A DNA stretch of 64,000 nucleotides from Candidatus Latescibacterota bacterium (GTDB taxonomy: Bacteria; Latescibacterota; UBA2968; UBA8231). The DNA is taken from assembly GCA_965206595.1 (NCBI GenBank), contig OZ242214.1:1792001-1856000 (forward strand), written 5' to 3'. The notes beneath the pieces were generated by a model. The model had not been told where the DNA came from, ran no database searches, and saw only the letters and a program-made list of their open reading frames with translations. The stretch's first letter is position 1, and every line of letters starts with the position of its first letter. The position numbers and the translations under genes were made by a program. Shown here in pieces: positions 38,533 to 47,526 of the stretch.

Positions 38533-39825
38533 ATGGAACGAGTAGAAATTCGGGACATCGCCGCTTTTGATGGCCGCGAAGTCGAGTTGAGGGGTTGGCT
38601 CTACAACAAGCGGTCGAGCGGCAGGCTCCACTTCCTGCAAGTCAGGGACGGGACCGGCCTCATTCAGTGCGTATTGTTCAAAGGAGATATCGGTGTCGAG
38701 GAGTTCGTGCGTACCGGGAACCTGCCCCAGGAGTCGGCGATTGTCGTCAGGGGGAAGGTGCGCCAGGATCAGCGCTCCGCACTCGGCTACGAACTGGGGG
38801 TCTCATCGATCGAAGAAGTCCACGAGGCCGCCGAATACCCGATTTCACCGAAAGAACACGGGGTGGCCTTCCTGATGGAAAACAGGCACCTCTGGCTGCG
38901 CTCCTCCCGCCCACACGCTACGTTGAGAATCCGCAGCTACGTCATCCAGGCCTGCCGCGACTTCATGGCTCGGGAGGGATTCATCCTGATCGATGCCCCG
39001 ATTCTGACTCCTGCTGCCTGCGAGGGAACCACCACGCTTTTCGAGACCGACTATTTCGGGGACACTGCCTTCCTTACCCAGAGCGGCCAACTGTACATGG
39101 AAGCAGCGGCCATGGCGTTCGGAAAGGTCTACTGCCTGGGACCGACCTTTCGGGCGGAGAAATCGAAGACGCGGCGACACCTTACGGAGTTCTGGATGAT
39201 GGAGCCGGAGATCGCCTACTGCGACCTAGAGGGCAACATGCAGGTTGCCGAAGACCTCATCTGTTTCGTTGTCCAGCGCGTACTCGAACAGGGCGGTGAC
39301 GAGCTCGCTGTGCTGGAGCGCGACCCCGCCCCCCTGGAAGCGATGTCGAAGCCGTTCCCGCGAATGACCTACGACGAGGCGGTCGTAACTCTTCGGAACA
39401 ATGGGAGGGATATCGAGTGGGGAACGGACTTGGGCGCAGACGACGAAAGTGTTCTTTCGGAACAGTTCACTTCACCGGTCCTCGTGCATCGCTACCCTGC
39501 GGAGGTAAAAGCATTTTACATGAAGCGAGATCCGGAGAACGACAAGCTCGCTCTCTGCGTCGACATGCTGGCTCCCGAGGGATACGGGGAGATCATCGGC
39601 GGCGGCCAGCGCGAAGATGATCTGCCGGTCCTCGAGGAACGTCTCGAAGAACACGGCCTGCCGCGAGTGGCCTTCGAGTGGTATCTCGACCTGCGCCGAT
39701 ACGGTTCCGTGCCGCACTCCGGTTTCGGAATGGGGATAGAACGTGTGGTAGGGTGGCTTTGTGGGATCAGGCACGTGCGCGAGACCATACCGTTTCCACG
39801 GATGCTGCAGCGGCTGTATCCTTGA
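38533..39825 (+). CDS. asnS: Asparagine--tRNA ligase
   Basis: [46 protein letters not shown]. Confidence 0.95.
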   Translation: MERVEIRDIAAFDGREVELRGWLYNKRSSGRLHFLQVRDGTGLIQCVLFKGDIGVEEFVRTGNLPQESAIVVRGKVRQDQRSALGYELGVSSIEEVHEAAEYPISPKEHGVAFLMENRHLWLRSSRPHATLRIRSYVIQACRDFMAREGFILIDAPILTPAACEGTTTLFETDYFGDTAFLTQSGQLYMEAAAMAFGKVYCLGPTFRAEKSKTRRHLTEFWMMEPEIAYCDLEGNMQVAEDLICFVVQRVLEQGGDELAVLERDPAPLEAMSKPFPRMTYDEAVVTLRNNGRDIEWGTDLGADDESVLSEQFTSPVLVHRYPAEVKAFYMKRDPENDKLALCVDMLAPEGYGEIIGGGQREDDLPVLEERLEEHGLPRVAFEWYLDLRRYGSVPHSGFGMGIERVVGWLCGIRHVRETIPFPRMLQRLYP

Positions 39826-39865
39826 GCAAGTATCGGACGAGACAACGACCTTGAAGACAACAGAG

Positions 39866-42793
39866 ATGAAGGGAAGTTATCGGTTTCAGGAGATTGAACG
39901 TCGCTGGCGTCAGCGATGGCTGGGGGAGAAGACGTTCAAGACGCACGGTCCCGGTGAAAGCTCAATCGCCGATTCCCGGCCCAAGTGTTATGTCCTCGAC
40001 ATGTTTCCCTATCCCAGCGGGGACGGCCTCCACATTGGCCACCCCAAGGGTTACATCGCCAGCGACATCTACAGCCGCTTCAAGAGGATGCGCGGATTCA
40101 ACGTTCTGCACCCGATGGGATTCGACAGCTTCGGCCTGCCTGCGGAACAGTACGCGATCGCCAACAACGTGCACCCGTCCACGGCGATACGCGAATGTAT
40201 CGATCGCATGCGCGGGCAGCTTCAGGCCTTGGGTCTGGCCTACGACTGGGATCGGGAGCTGGCGACTTCGGACTCGGACTACTACCGCTGGACCCAGTGG
40301 ATCTTCCTGCAGCTCTACGACTGCTGGTTCGACCCGGATGCGGTTCAGATGGACGCCGCAGGTCGCGAGATCAAGGGAAAGGCAGTGCCGATCCGGGAGC
40401 TGGAAGATGCACTTGCCAATGGACGGCGTGCTCTCTTCGACCGCGATCTCGAAACCCTGGTCTCGCTTCCAGGAGGGGAAAGCAGAGACCGTTCCCATGC
40501 CGGCTGGTCCCGGCTGACGGAACCGGAACGGGCCGCGGTGCTAAACAACTATCGGTTGGCCTATCAGAAAGAGGTGACGGTCAACTGGTGCCCTGGGCTG
40601 GGCACGGTCCTGGCCAACGAAGAAGTCACTGGGGAGGGCCGTAGCGAGATCGGCGATTACCCAGTGTACAAGCGGCCACTTAGGCAGTGGATGCTGCGTA
40701 TCACCGCCTACGCTGATCGCCTGTTGCACGATCTGGATTCAGCAGATCTGCCCGACGGACGCGGGGGCCGCTACGCCCTGGATTGGCCGGAGCCGATCAA
40801 GCTGATGCAGCGGAACTGGATCGGGCGCAGCGAAGGGGCGGAGATTTTGTTCGACCTGTTGCAGCCGGAATCCCGCGAAACCGCGACGCCCCTGAAAGTG
40901 TTCACGACTCGTCCCGACACCTTGTTCGGGGCAACCTTCATGGTAGTCGCTCCCGGTCACCCGCTTCTCGACCCGGACAGTTCCGGGTATCTCGTGCCCG
41001 CGCATTGGCCCCAAGGCACGAGGGAAGCCTGGAAAAATGGGGGGGCGTCCGGGCCGTGGGAAGTGGTTGCCGACTATGTCGCCACTGCAGCGGAAGCTAT
41101 AGAGGTGGCAAGGGAAATCGACGAACGGGAGAAGTCGGGGGTGTTCACGGGAATATGGGCCCGCAACCCGGCCAGCGGTGTTGTGATTCCGGTTTTTGTC
41201 GCCGACTACGTCTCGATAGAGTACGGAACCGGCGCCATAATGGCGGTTCCCGCGCACGACGACCGCGATTTCGAGTTTGCGAACAACTACGATCTCGAGG
41301 TGATCCAGGTCGTCCAGGCGCCCGAGACCGCCGGGGTGGAAGAGGGGGAGTGCTTCATCGGCGATGGCACCAGCATCAATTCGCCCGCCGACGGCGACAG
41401 CGACTTCTCCATCACGGGCCTGTCGACGGCCCGGGCAAAGGCAGCAATCACCTCTGCACTGGAAAGCGCTGGCGTGGGACGATTTGCGGTTCGCTACAAG
41501 CTGCGCGACTGGACCTTTTCCAGGCAAAGGTACTGGGGAGAACCCTTCCCGCTGGCTACCACCCCCGACGGTTATTCGGTCGTTACCGATCTACCTGTCC
41601 TGCTCCCAGAGATGGAGGACTTCCGTCCGCAAACCTCGGATGATCCCGACACTCCGGTTTCCCTGCCCCTGGGGCGTGCCGGCGACGACTGGCGGGTGGT
41701 CCCCGTAAAGGGAATCGAATGCGAGAGGGAACTGAACGTCATGCCCCAGTGGGCGGGGTCCTGCTGGTATTTCGTGCGCTTTATCGATCCCGCCAACCCA
41801 GAGACATTCTGCAACGCTGACAAGGAGCGGCATTTCATGCCGGTCGATCTCTACATCGGCGGCGCCGAGCACGGGGTGCTTCACCTGCTGTATGCCCGGT
41901 TCTGGCACAAGGTGCTGTTCGACCTGGGGCACGTCTCCTCACCCGAGCCGTTCAAGAAGCTGTTCAATCAGGGAATGATTACGGCCGATGCTTTCACCGA
42001 CGCCCGCGGCGTCTACGTCGACATCCGCGAGGTCGAGCTGCGCGATAACAAACCCTTCCACTTGCGGACCGGGGAGGCCCTGACTCGTTCCGGCGGCAAG
42101 ATGGGGAAGCGCTACAAGAACGGGCTGCCCCCGGAGGAGGTTGGGGAGGAGTACGGCGTCGACACCCTGCGCCTGTACGAAATGTACATGGGCCCCCTCG
42201 AGCAGAGCACGCCGTGGAGCATGGAGGGAATACGAGGAATGCAGCGCTTTCTGCAGCGCGTGTGGCGCAACCTGGTTTCTCAGGAGGGAACGGCCAGGAG
42301 GCTTCCTCCGGGACAAGAGGAAGATGTCGCGTTGCGCAAGAAGCTTCACCGGACGATCTCCAAGGTGACGGATGATATCGAGGGATTGCGGCTTAACACC
42401 GCCATCGCGGCCCTGATCGAGCTCAACAACGACCTGGTAAAAAAGGAGCCGGTTTCGGACGAGATGGCCCGTTCCCTTATCCTGATGCTCTCGCCGTTCG
42501 CCCCTCACCTTGGAGAGGAGCTGTGGAGCATCTGGGGTTTCGGCGACGGAAATCTCTCGGTCCAGGACTGGCCGCGGCCCCAGGCGGATCTGATGGTCGA
42601 AGAGACCGTGATTTTGCCTGTGCAGGTCAACGGCAAGGTCAGGGCGAGCGTTGAAGTGCCAGCCGGAATCACCGAAGACGCGGCAAGAGAGTTGATCCTC
42701 GAACTCGAAAACGTTCGCCGCTACCTTCCGGATTCAGGACGGCCCAGGCGGTTTGTGTACGTGCCAGGTAGAATCTTCAATATCGTAGTCTAG
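39866..42793 (+). CDS. leuS: Leucine--tRNA ligase
   Basis: DMFPYPSG.GLHIGH, FTTRPDT, GTGAIMAVPAHD, SRQRYWG, KMGKR (KMSKS position). Confidence 0.97.
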   Translation: MKGSYRFQEIERRWRQRWLGEKTFKTHGPGESSIADSRPKCYVLDMFPYPSGDGLHIGHPKGYIASDIYSRFKRMRGFNVLHPMGFDSFGLPAEQYAIANNVHPSTAIRECIDRMRGQLQALGLAYDWDRELATSDSDYYRWTQWIFLQLYDCWFDPDAVQMDAAGREIKGKAVPIRELEDALANGRRALFDRDLETLVSLPGGESRDRSHAGWSRLTEPERAAVLNNYRLAYQKEVTVNWCPGLGTVLANEEVTGEGRSEIGDYPVYKRPLRQWMLRITAYADRLLHDLDSADLPDGRGGRYALDWPEPIKLMQRNWIGRSEGAEILFDLLQPESRETATPLKVFTTRPDTLFGATFMVVAPGHPLLDPDSSGYLVPAHWPQGTREAWKNGGASGPWEVVADYVATAAEAIEVAREIDEREKSGVFTGIWARNPASGVVIPVFVADYVSIEYGTGAIMAVPAHDDRDFEFANNYDLEVIQVVQAPETAGVEEGECFIGDGTSINSPADGDSDFSITGLSTARAKAAITSALESAGVGRFAVRYKLRDWTFSRQRYWGEPFPLATTPDGYSVVTDLPVLLPEMEDFRPQTSDDPDTPVSLPLGRAGDDWRVVPVKGIECERELNVMPQWAGSCWYFVRFIDPANPETFCNADKERHFMPVDLYIGGAEHGVLHLLYARFWHKVLFDLGHVSSPEPFKKLFNQGMITADAFTDARGVYVDIREVELRDNKPFHLRTGEALTRSGGKMGKRYKNGLPPEEVGEEYGVDTLRLYEMYMGPLEQSTPWSMEGIRGMQRFLQRVWRNLVSQEGTARRLPPGQEEDVALRKKLHRTISKVTDDIEGLRLNTAIAALIELNNDLVKKEPVSDEMARSLILMLSPFAPHLGEELWSIWGFGDGNLSVQDWPRPQADLMVEETVILPVQVNGKVRASVEVPAGITEDAARELILELENVRRYLPDSGRPRRFVYVPGRIFNIVV

Positions 42794-42832
42794 ATGCTGG
42801 CTGGTTGGATGGTTCCGATTTTCTAAGATGAA

Positions 42833-42860
42833 ATTACCTGTAAAATTTATTTTGTAAACT
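42833..42860 (+). other. dif-like recombination site A (11-6-11)
   Basis: ATTACCTGTAA-AATTTA-TTTTGTAAACT; right arm 10/11 to the B. subtilis dif right arm TTATGTAAACT. Confidence 0.55.
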
Positions 42861-42919
42861 AACCCGCCCCGACTTGGTGAACCGCCCGCCAAAACGGCCT
42901 GTTGGGTACCCGAAAATAA

Positions 42920-42947
42920 ACTTCGTATAATTGTAGTTAACAAAACT
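42920..42947 (+). promoter_or_regulatory. lox/dif-like site B overlapping the probable recombinase promoter
   Basis: ACTTCGTATAA-TTGTAG-TTAACAAAACT; AACTTCGTATA matches 11 of the 13 nt of the loxP arm; contains TATAAT (42926-42931) with TTGGGT 18 bp upstream. Confidence 0.6.
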
Positions 42948-42960
42948 AATCTAAAGACAC

Positions 42961-43890
42961 ATGGCTGAACTTCTCCCTTCAGTATCTCCGAAAGAGCTCG
43001 CCAATTCCGGCACAGTACGGGAACTGGTTACGGCCAGCGTCTCGGAGAACACACGCCGGGCCTATCGGCACGCGCTAAGCAGGATCGACCAGCACCTTGC
43101 CGGGGGTCCGTTGACAGACGGATTGCTTGCCGACTATATCGCGGGCTTGCACGTATCCGGAAAATCTCCGGCGACCTGCTCCCAGGTAATCGCTGCTGTC
43201 AAGTTTCGAGCAAAGTTGCAAGGTTCACCTTCTCCATCCGGTCCGGCAACGGACAGAGTTCTGGCGGGTATTCGCCGCGCGGGCAAGGGCCGCGGTCGTG
43301 GCCAGGTACAGGGCGTTCAGTTTGCCCAGGCGGACGCCGCGGCTGCAGTTGCTTCCGACGACTCATTGGCCGGAATGCGGGACTCCGCCTTGCTGGCTGT
43401 CGCCTCGGATGGCCTGCTCCGCGTTTCGGAAGTCGCCGGTGTGCAAGTAGCCGACATCTCCTTTGAAATCGACGGTACAGCGCGTTTGACGATCCACCAA
43501 TCGAAAACGGATCAAGAAGGAGCCGGAGTCGTTCTGTTCCTCGGCGAGCCGACGGCCTGGCGGGTCAAGACCTGGATGGATGCTGCCGGGATCGAGGATG
43601 GACCCGTTTTCCGGCGTCTTCACCGCGGCGACAGTGTTGGAAAAAAAGCCCTGAGCACCGTATCCGTCCGCAACATCATAAAGCGCCGATGCGCTGCGGC
43701 GGGAATCGACGGAGATGTCTCTGGTCATTCCCTTCGGGTAGGTGGCGCCCAATCTCTTGCTGCGGGAGGTGCTTCGATTGCGGAGATGCAGACTGCCGGC
43801 CGTTGGACATCCCCGCAAATGCCCGGTCACTATGCACGCGGCCAGTTGGCAGCGCGAGGCGCCGTGGCGAGAATCCGTTACGGTTCCTGA
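42961..43890 (+). CDS. Cre-like tyrosine site-specific recombinase
   Basis: SENTRRAY N-domain; RDSALL..GLLRVSE (R), SKTDQ (K), GHSLRVG (HxxR), AGRW (W as in Cre), MPGHY (Y). Confidence 0.93.
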   Translation: MAELLPSVSPKELANSGTVRELVTASVSENTRRAYRHALSRIDQHLAGGPLTDGLLADYIAGLHVSGKSPATCSQVIAAVKFRAKLQGSPSPSGPATDRVLAGIRRAGKGRGRGQVQGVQFAQADAAAAVASDDSLAGMRDSALLAVASDGLLRVSEVAGVQVADISFEIDGTARLTIHQSKTDQEGAGVVLFLGEPTAWRVKTWMDAAGIEDGPVFRRLHRGDSVGKKALSTVSVRNIIKRRCAAAGIDGDVSGHSLRVGGAQSLAAGGASIAEMQTAGRWTSPQMPGHYARGQLAARGAVARIRYGS

Positions 43891-43977
43891 CTGGCCGGGG
43901 TCCCAAGGAACAGTTGATATTCCGCAGACACAGGGTGTTCTGGAATTTCCGGGTAAACCCTCACTAATGTCCCACGG

Positions 43978-44005
43978 GATTTACATAAGAAATATTATGT
44001 GAACT
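43978..44005 (-). other. dif-like recombination site C (11-6-11), inverted relative to site A
   Basis: Minus strand AGTTCACATAA-TATTTC-TTATGTAAATC; ACATAA-N6-TTATGT dyad. Confidence 0.65.
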
Positions 44006-44037
44006 ATGGTTCTAAGAACTCGCCCTTTTTCGGCTGT

Positions 44038-45855
44038 TCAGGTGCGACCGAACAGCCTGTCGAGATGGCTGAGTGTAATCCGAATAAAAATGGGTCTTCC
44101 GTGAGGGCAGGAAAAGGGCTCTTGCGCCTTCAGCAACCGCTGAATCAGGGTCCGCATTTCTTTCTGATTCAGGCGGTCTCCTGCCCGAATTGAAGTGTGG
44201 CAAGCCATCGAAGCCGCGACTGCCTCCTGAGTTGTCGGTCGAGTCTCGTTCTCCTCGATCAGGTCGCTGACGATCTCCTGAAATAGGGCTCCGTCTCCCC
44301 AGTTTCTGAGTTCGCTCGGGATGGAATCGACAATCAGGCTGGTAGGACCGAATTCACGCGCTCCAAAGCCGATTCTTTCGAACAAGTGGCGAGCATCCTG
44401 AAAAGCAATCATCTCCAAGGGAGACACGTCGAGCGTCAGGGGCAACAGCAGCTGTTGGGAGGTTCCCTGCTCCCGGTCGAGCTCCTCCAGAACCTCCTCG
44501 AAACGGATGCGTTCGTGAGCGACGTGCTGGTCGACTATGGCGATGCCGTCCGAGGTCGGTGCCGCGATGTACTTGTTGTGGATCTGCCACATCGGGGCTG
44601 AATCTGCGGCCGATGACAGTTGGTCAATCTCCTGTGGCGTCAGCGGTTGACCTGCACTCTCCGCGGTCCCCAGCCTGGCCGGAGGCAACAGGGAAAGCGA
44701 CAACTGATCGAGGTCGGTATCGTGCTCCGGGCCGAACGGTTCAGCGGGAGTCTCCAGTACCCTGCCGTGTCCCGCTGCCCCGGTAGATGGTGCCCCGTAA
44801 GCAGGTCTCTCCCCCGTCGAGCCGATTCCGGAAGCAGCTCTGAACGCGCTTGCCTCGGGAACGTCTAGTGCCTGTCGCACAATGGATTGCACTGCCTTGA
44901 CGAGATCCCCTTCCGAGGAGAAGTGGACCTCTTTCTTGGTGGGATGGACGTTTACGTCGACGGTCCTGGGATCGATGTCGAGCCAGAGCGCAAATACCGG
45001 GTGCGCATTATGGGGCAACAGGCTGCCGTAAGCTTCGTATACTGCGGAGTTCAATTTCCGGTGGTAAACAGGCCGGCGGCGGACTGTCGCGTATTGCCGG
45101 GTGCGACTGCGCTGACATATTTGCGGGGATCCTGCCAGCACCTCTACCGAGATTCGACCGGCCGCTCCAGCATCGACGTTTGAGGCCGCGTGCAGCAGTA
45201 GGTCCTGGTCGACGGCAACCACCTGAGAGACGCGTTTCGCGCGGTCACCCGAGTGGAGGTCGAGGGTCACGCGGTCGTTGTGGGTCACGCGGAACGCCAC
45301 CTCGGGATAGGCGACGGCTAACTGGGAGACACACTGGGTTATGTAACGGGCTTCGGTATCCATGTGACGGAGGAATTTTCGGCGCGCCGGGGTGTTGAAG
45401 AACAGGCTGCGTGCACTCACCGTAGTGCCGCTGTCCCTGGCGATGGCACCGAGATGAGTACGGACTCCACCTTCCACCTCGATCCGGGTGCCTTCTCCCT
45501 CTCCCCCATTGCAGGTTTCGATGGTCAGCCGGGAAACCGCCGCGATGCTGGCCAAGGCCTCCCCTCGAAATCCCAGTGTGTCGATGGCGAACAGGTCACT
45601 GGGACTCTTCATCTTACTGGTGGCGTGGCGCTCCACCGACAGGCAGGCGTCCCCGGCGTTCATCCCGGCGCCGTCGTCGGCAACGCGGATCAGCTGCCTG
45701 CCCCCGGCAGCGATGTCGACGTAGATGCGTTCCGCGCCCGCATCGAGAGAGTTCTCGACCAGTTCCTTGACCGCTGAGGCCGGTCTTTCTATCACCTCTC
45801 CCGCGGCGATCTTGCCGATTACGTTTTCGGACAGTCTGTGTATGGTCGCACTCAT
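44038..45855 (-). CDS. mutL: DNA mismatch repair protein MutL
   Basis: IAAGEVIERPAS, GFRGEAL, DVNVHPTK, DQHVAHER, ACH, CPHGRP endonuclease motifs. Confidence 0.97.
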   Translation of the reverse strand: MSATIHRLSENVIGKIAAGEVIERPASAVKELVENSLDAGAERIYVDIAAGGRQLIRVADDGAGMNAGDACLSVERHATSKMKSPSDLFAIDTLGFRGEALASIAAVSRLTIETCNGGEGEGTRIEVEGGVRTHLGAIARDSGTTVSARSLFFNTPARRKFLRHMDTEARYITQCVSQLAVAYPEVAFRVTHNDRVTLDLHSGDRAKRVSQVVAVDQDLLLHAASNVDAGAAGRISVEVLAGSPQICQRSRTRQYATVRRRPVYHRKLNSAVYEAYGSLLPHNAHPVFALWLDIDPRTVDVNVHPTKKEVHFSSEGDLVKAVQSIVRQALDVPEASAFRAASGIGSTGERPAYGAPSTGAAGHGRVLETPAEPFGPEHDTDLDQLSLSLLPPARLGTAESAGQPLTPQEIDQLSSAADSAPMWQIHNKYIAAPTSDGIAIVDQHVAHERIRFEEVLEELDREQGTSQQLLLPLTLDVSPLEMIAFQDARHLFERIGFGAREFGPTSLIVDSIPSELRNWGDGALFQEIVSDLIEENETRPTTQEAVAASMACHTSIRAGDRLNQKEMRTLIQRLLKAQEPFSCPHGRPIFIRITLSHLDRLFGRT

Positions 45856-45875
45856 GATTTTGGGGGCTACCGGAG

Positions 45876-46496
45876 TTACAGGCGCGCGGAGATTTCCTCC
45901 ACCTTGCGGTCGCGCTCCTCTATAGAGATCAGTCCTTCGCGGAACTGGCTTTCTACTTCCTGCAGCATCTGTCGAGGACTGCCGAAGCGGAGATTGTTGC
46001 GTGCCTGGGCGACCAGGTGCCAGATCCCCAGCCCGAGCATGCCGAACACGACGGCTGCCCACAGTCCGGTTTTGCGGTGCGTACCCGGCTCCCCTTCCCT
46101 TACGGAAATCCCGAGCTTGCCCCACACCTGCCGTTGCGCAGCAGAGATCGGCTGGCTGAACTCGACAAAGACAGAGCTTGCGGCCGTTCCTCCCTGGTTT
46201 TCGACGTACTCGGGCGCGCGTGGGTCCCCTGCATCGCGCAAATTAAAGGCGCTGCGCAGCTCCGCGGTCAGACTCGCCGGTCCCTGGATGACGATACTTT
46301 CCACCACTCCCGCCTGAGAGAGCTCGAGGAAACGATCCTCGTCCACCGGGGTCGCTTCCCCACCCAGTGCGTTGATCAGAACGAGCACGGCCATTAGGCC
46401 GGAGGCCAGCATCAGGGCCAACCTGACCGGCCCAATGGCCGGAATTTCCGAGTCCGGCCGGGAAGAAGGTCCAACTTTCGGTTCGCGCTCCAGCAT
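45876..46496 (-). CDS. Two-TM membrane protein resembling the FtsH N-terminal/periplasmic module, with SHOCT-like C-terminus
   Basis: TM - FLELSQAGVVESIVIQG - TM - FREGLISIEERDRKVEEI. Confidence 0.55.
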   Translation of the reverse strand: MLEREPKVGPSSRPDSEIPAIGPVRLALMLASGLMAVLVLINALGGEATPVDEDRFLELSQAGVVESIVIQGPASLTAELRSAFNLRDAGDPRAPEYVENQGGTAASSVFVEFSQPISAAQRQVWGKLGISVREGEPGTHRKTGLWAAVVFGMLGLGIWHLVAQARNNLRFGSPRQMLQEVESQFREGLISIEERDRKVEEISARL

Positions 46497-46500
46497 CGGC

Positions 46501-47397
46501 TCACTCCACTCTCACGTCGGAGCTGAAGAGCTCCCGGTCCTGCCTGGCCGACTGCTCCAGCCAGGTGCCCAGGAACAGGCAGCGGTAGATGTCCTCGACT
46601 CCGCACGCCGGTCTGCCACGTCCCGTCAGGACCTGCACCAGATTTTTGTACTGTCTGTCCCGTATTGCCTCGGTCTGTCGCGAGAGACTGGTCGTCAGCT
46701 CCACGGTACCCTCACTTCCATGGGCAGTGATGGTCACTCGTTCCGTTGAGTCGAGTCCGCGCACCTGAAGCACCGCCTCTACGCCGTTGACGAAACGAAG
46801 CATTGCCCAGACTGCGTCTTCGCTGGGCCGGTTGGTCAGCAGGCTGCGGCTACGCGCGTGCACCGAATCGACAGGCCCGGCGAAACGCTCGCTCAGCAGG
46901 AGAAGCTCGGTTGCACCGAGGAAGGAGACGCCCGAGCGCGTCGATGGAAGGGTCTCCTTCGGTATGCTCATGTGGAGATCCATGTACAGGCAGCGCCCGA
47001 TGTGGCAGCGTGCTGCCAGCAGGTCGGTTGCGATGTCGGCTGCCAGAACGGGCGAGGCCATGAGGACCCGCTCCCCCATGTGCTGGTCGAGGAGCCGTAA
47101 TTCCTTCAGTCCCCCCGACGATCCGGCCAGCGGTCCGTCGACGAGGACGGGCTTGTTTGCCCGAGCGCTCTGGAGAACCCAGTACTCCCTTTCGGAAGCC
47201 GGTGTGCAGACGACAACCCCCCGGATATCGGCATTGAAATCGAATTCTCCAAACGTCTCGGGGCTCGATATCCGGTCTGGGGAGGATTCCCCACCCCGGG
47301 TGGACAGCCGCAGATGCGGCTGCTTTCGAATCGCTGTCTCGTGTTCGGCGATGCGATCCGAACCGACGATCGCCAGTTCGAACACCGGGTGGGGCAT
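46501..47397 (-). CDS. Divergent Gfo/Idh/MocA-family oxidoreductase-like protein
   Basis: LAIVGS, VVVCTP, KPVLVDGPLA, EDA..MLRFVNG, HGSEGT. Confidence 0.65.
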   Translation of the reverse strand: MPHPVFELAIVGSDRIAEHETAIRKQPHLRLSTRGGESSPDRISSPETFGEFDFNADIRGVVVCTPASEREYWVLQSARANKPVLVDGPLAGSSGGLKELRLLDQHMGERVLMASPVLAADIATDLLAARCHIGRCLYMDLHMSIPKETLPSTRSGVSFLGATELLLLSERFAGPVDSVHARSRSLLTNRPSEDAVWAMLRFVNGVEAVLQVRGLDSTERVTITAHGSEGTVELTTSLSRQTEAIRDRQYKNLVQVLTGRGRPACGVEDIYRCLFLGTWLEQSARQDRELFSSDVRVE

Positions 47398-47526
47398 CTA
47401 CCTGCTCTGGGAAATGAAGGTCTGCGAGCCGGATTTCGGGGGGAGGTAGTAGAAAGCCCGGATAATTTTTGGAAGATATCCTGGTATCCAGATGAGATCA
47501 ACGAGCACCGTAGAAAGCGGGCATGT

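Larger units (their letters stand above)
42821..44017. mobile_element. Candidate minimal tyrosine-recombinase element: 8-bp direct repeats, terminal inverted dif-like sites, single Cre-like gene
   Basis: TTCTAAGA at 42821-42828 and 44010-44017; sites A (42833-42860) and C (43978-44005) each 4 bp inside; AT-rich ends in a GC-rich genome. Confidence 0.6.

Noticed and set aside
42917-42950. Cloning-vector loxP contamination
   Set aside because: Only the left arm matches (11/13); spacer and right arm differ from loxP and no vector sequence flanks it
45856-46125. N-terminal extension of MutL in the ORF track (similarly purB, der, hprK, leuS, apt)
   Set aside because: Extensions overlap upstream genes or lack homology; downstream ATGs match family N-termini
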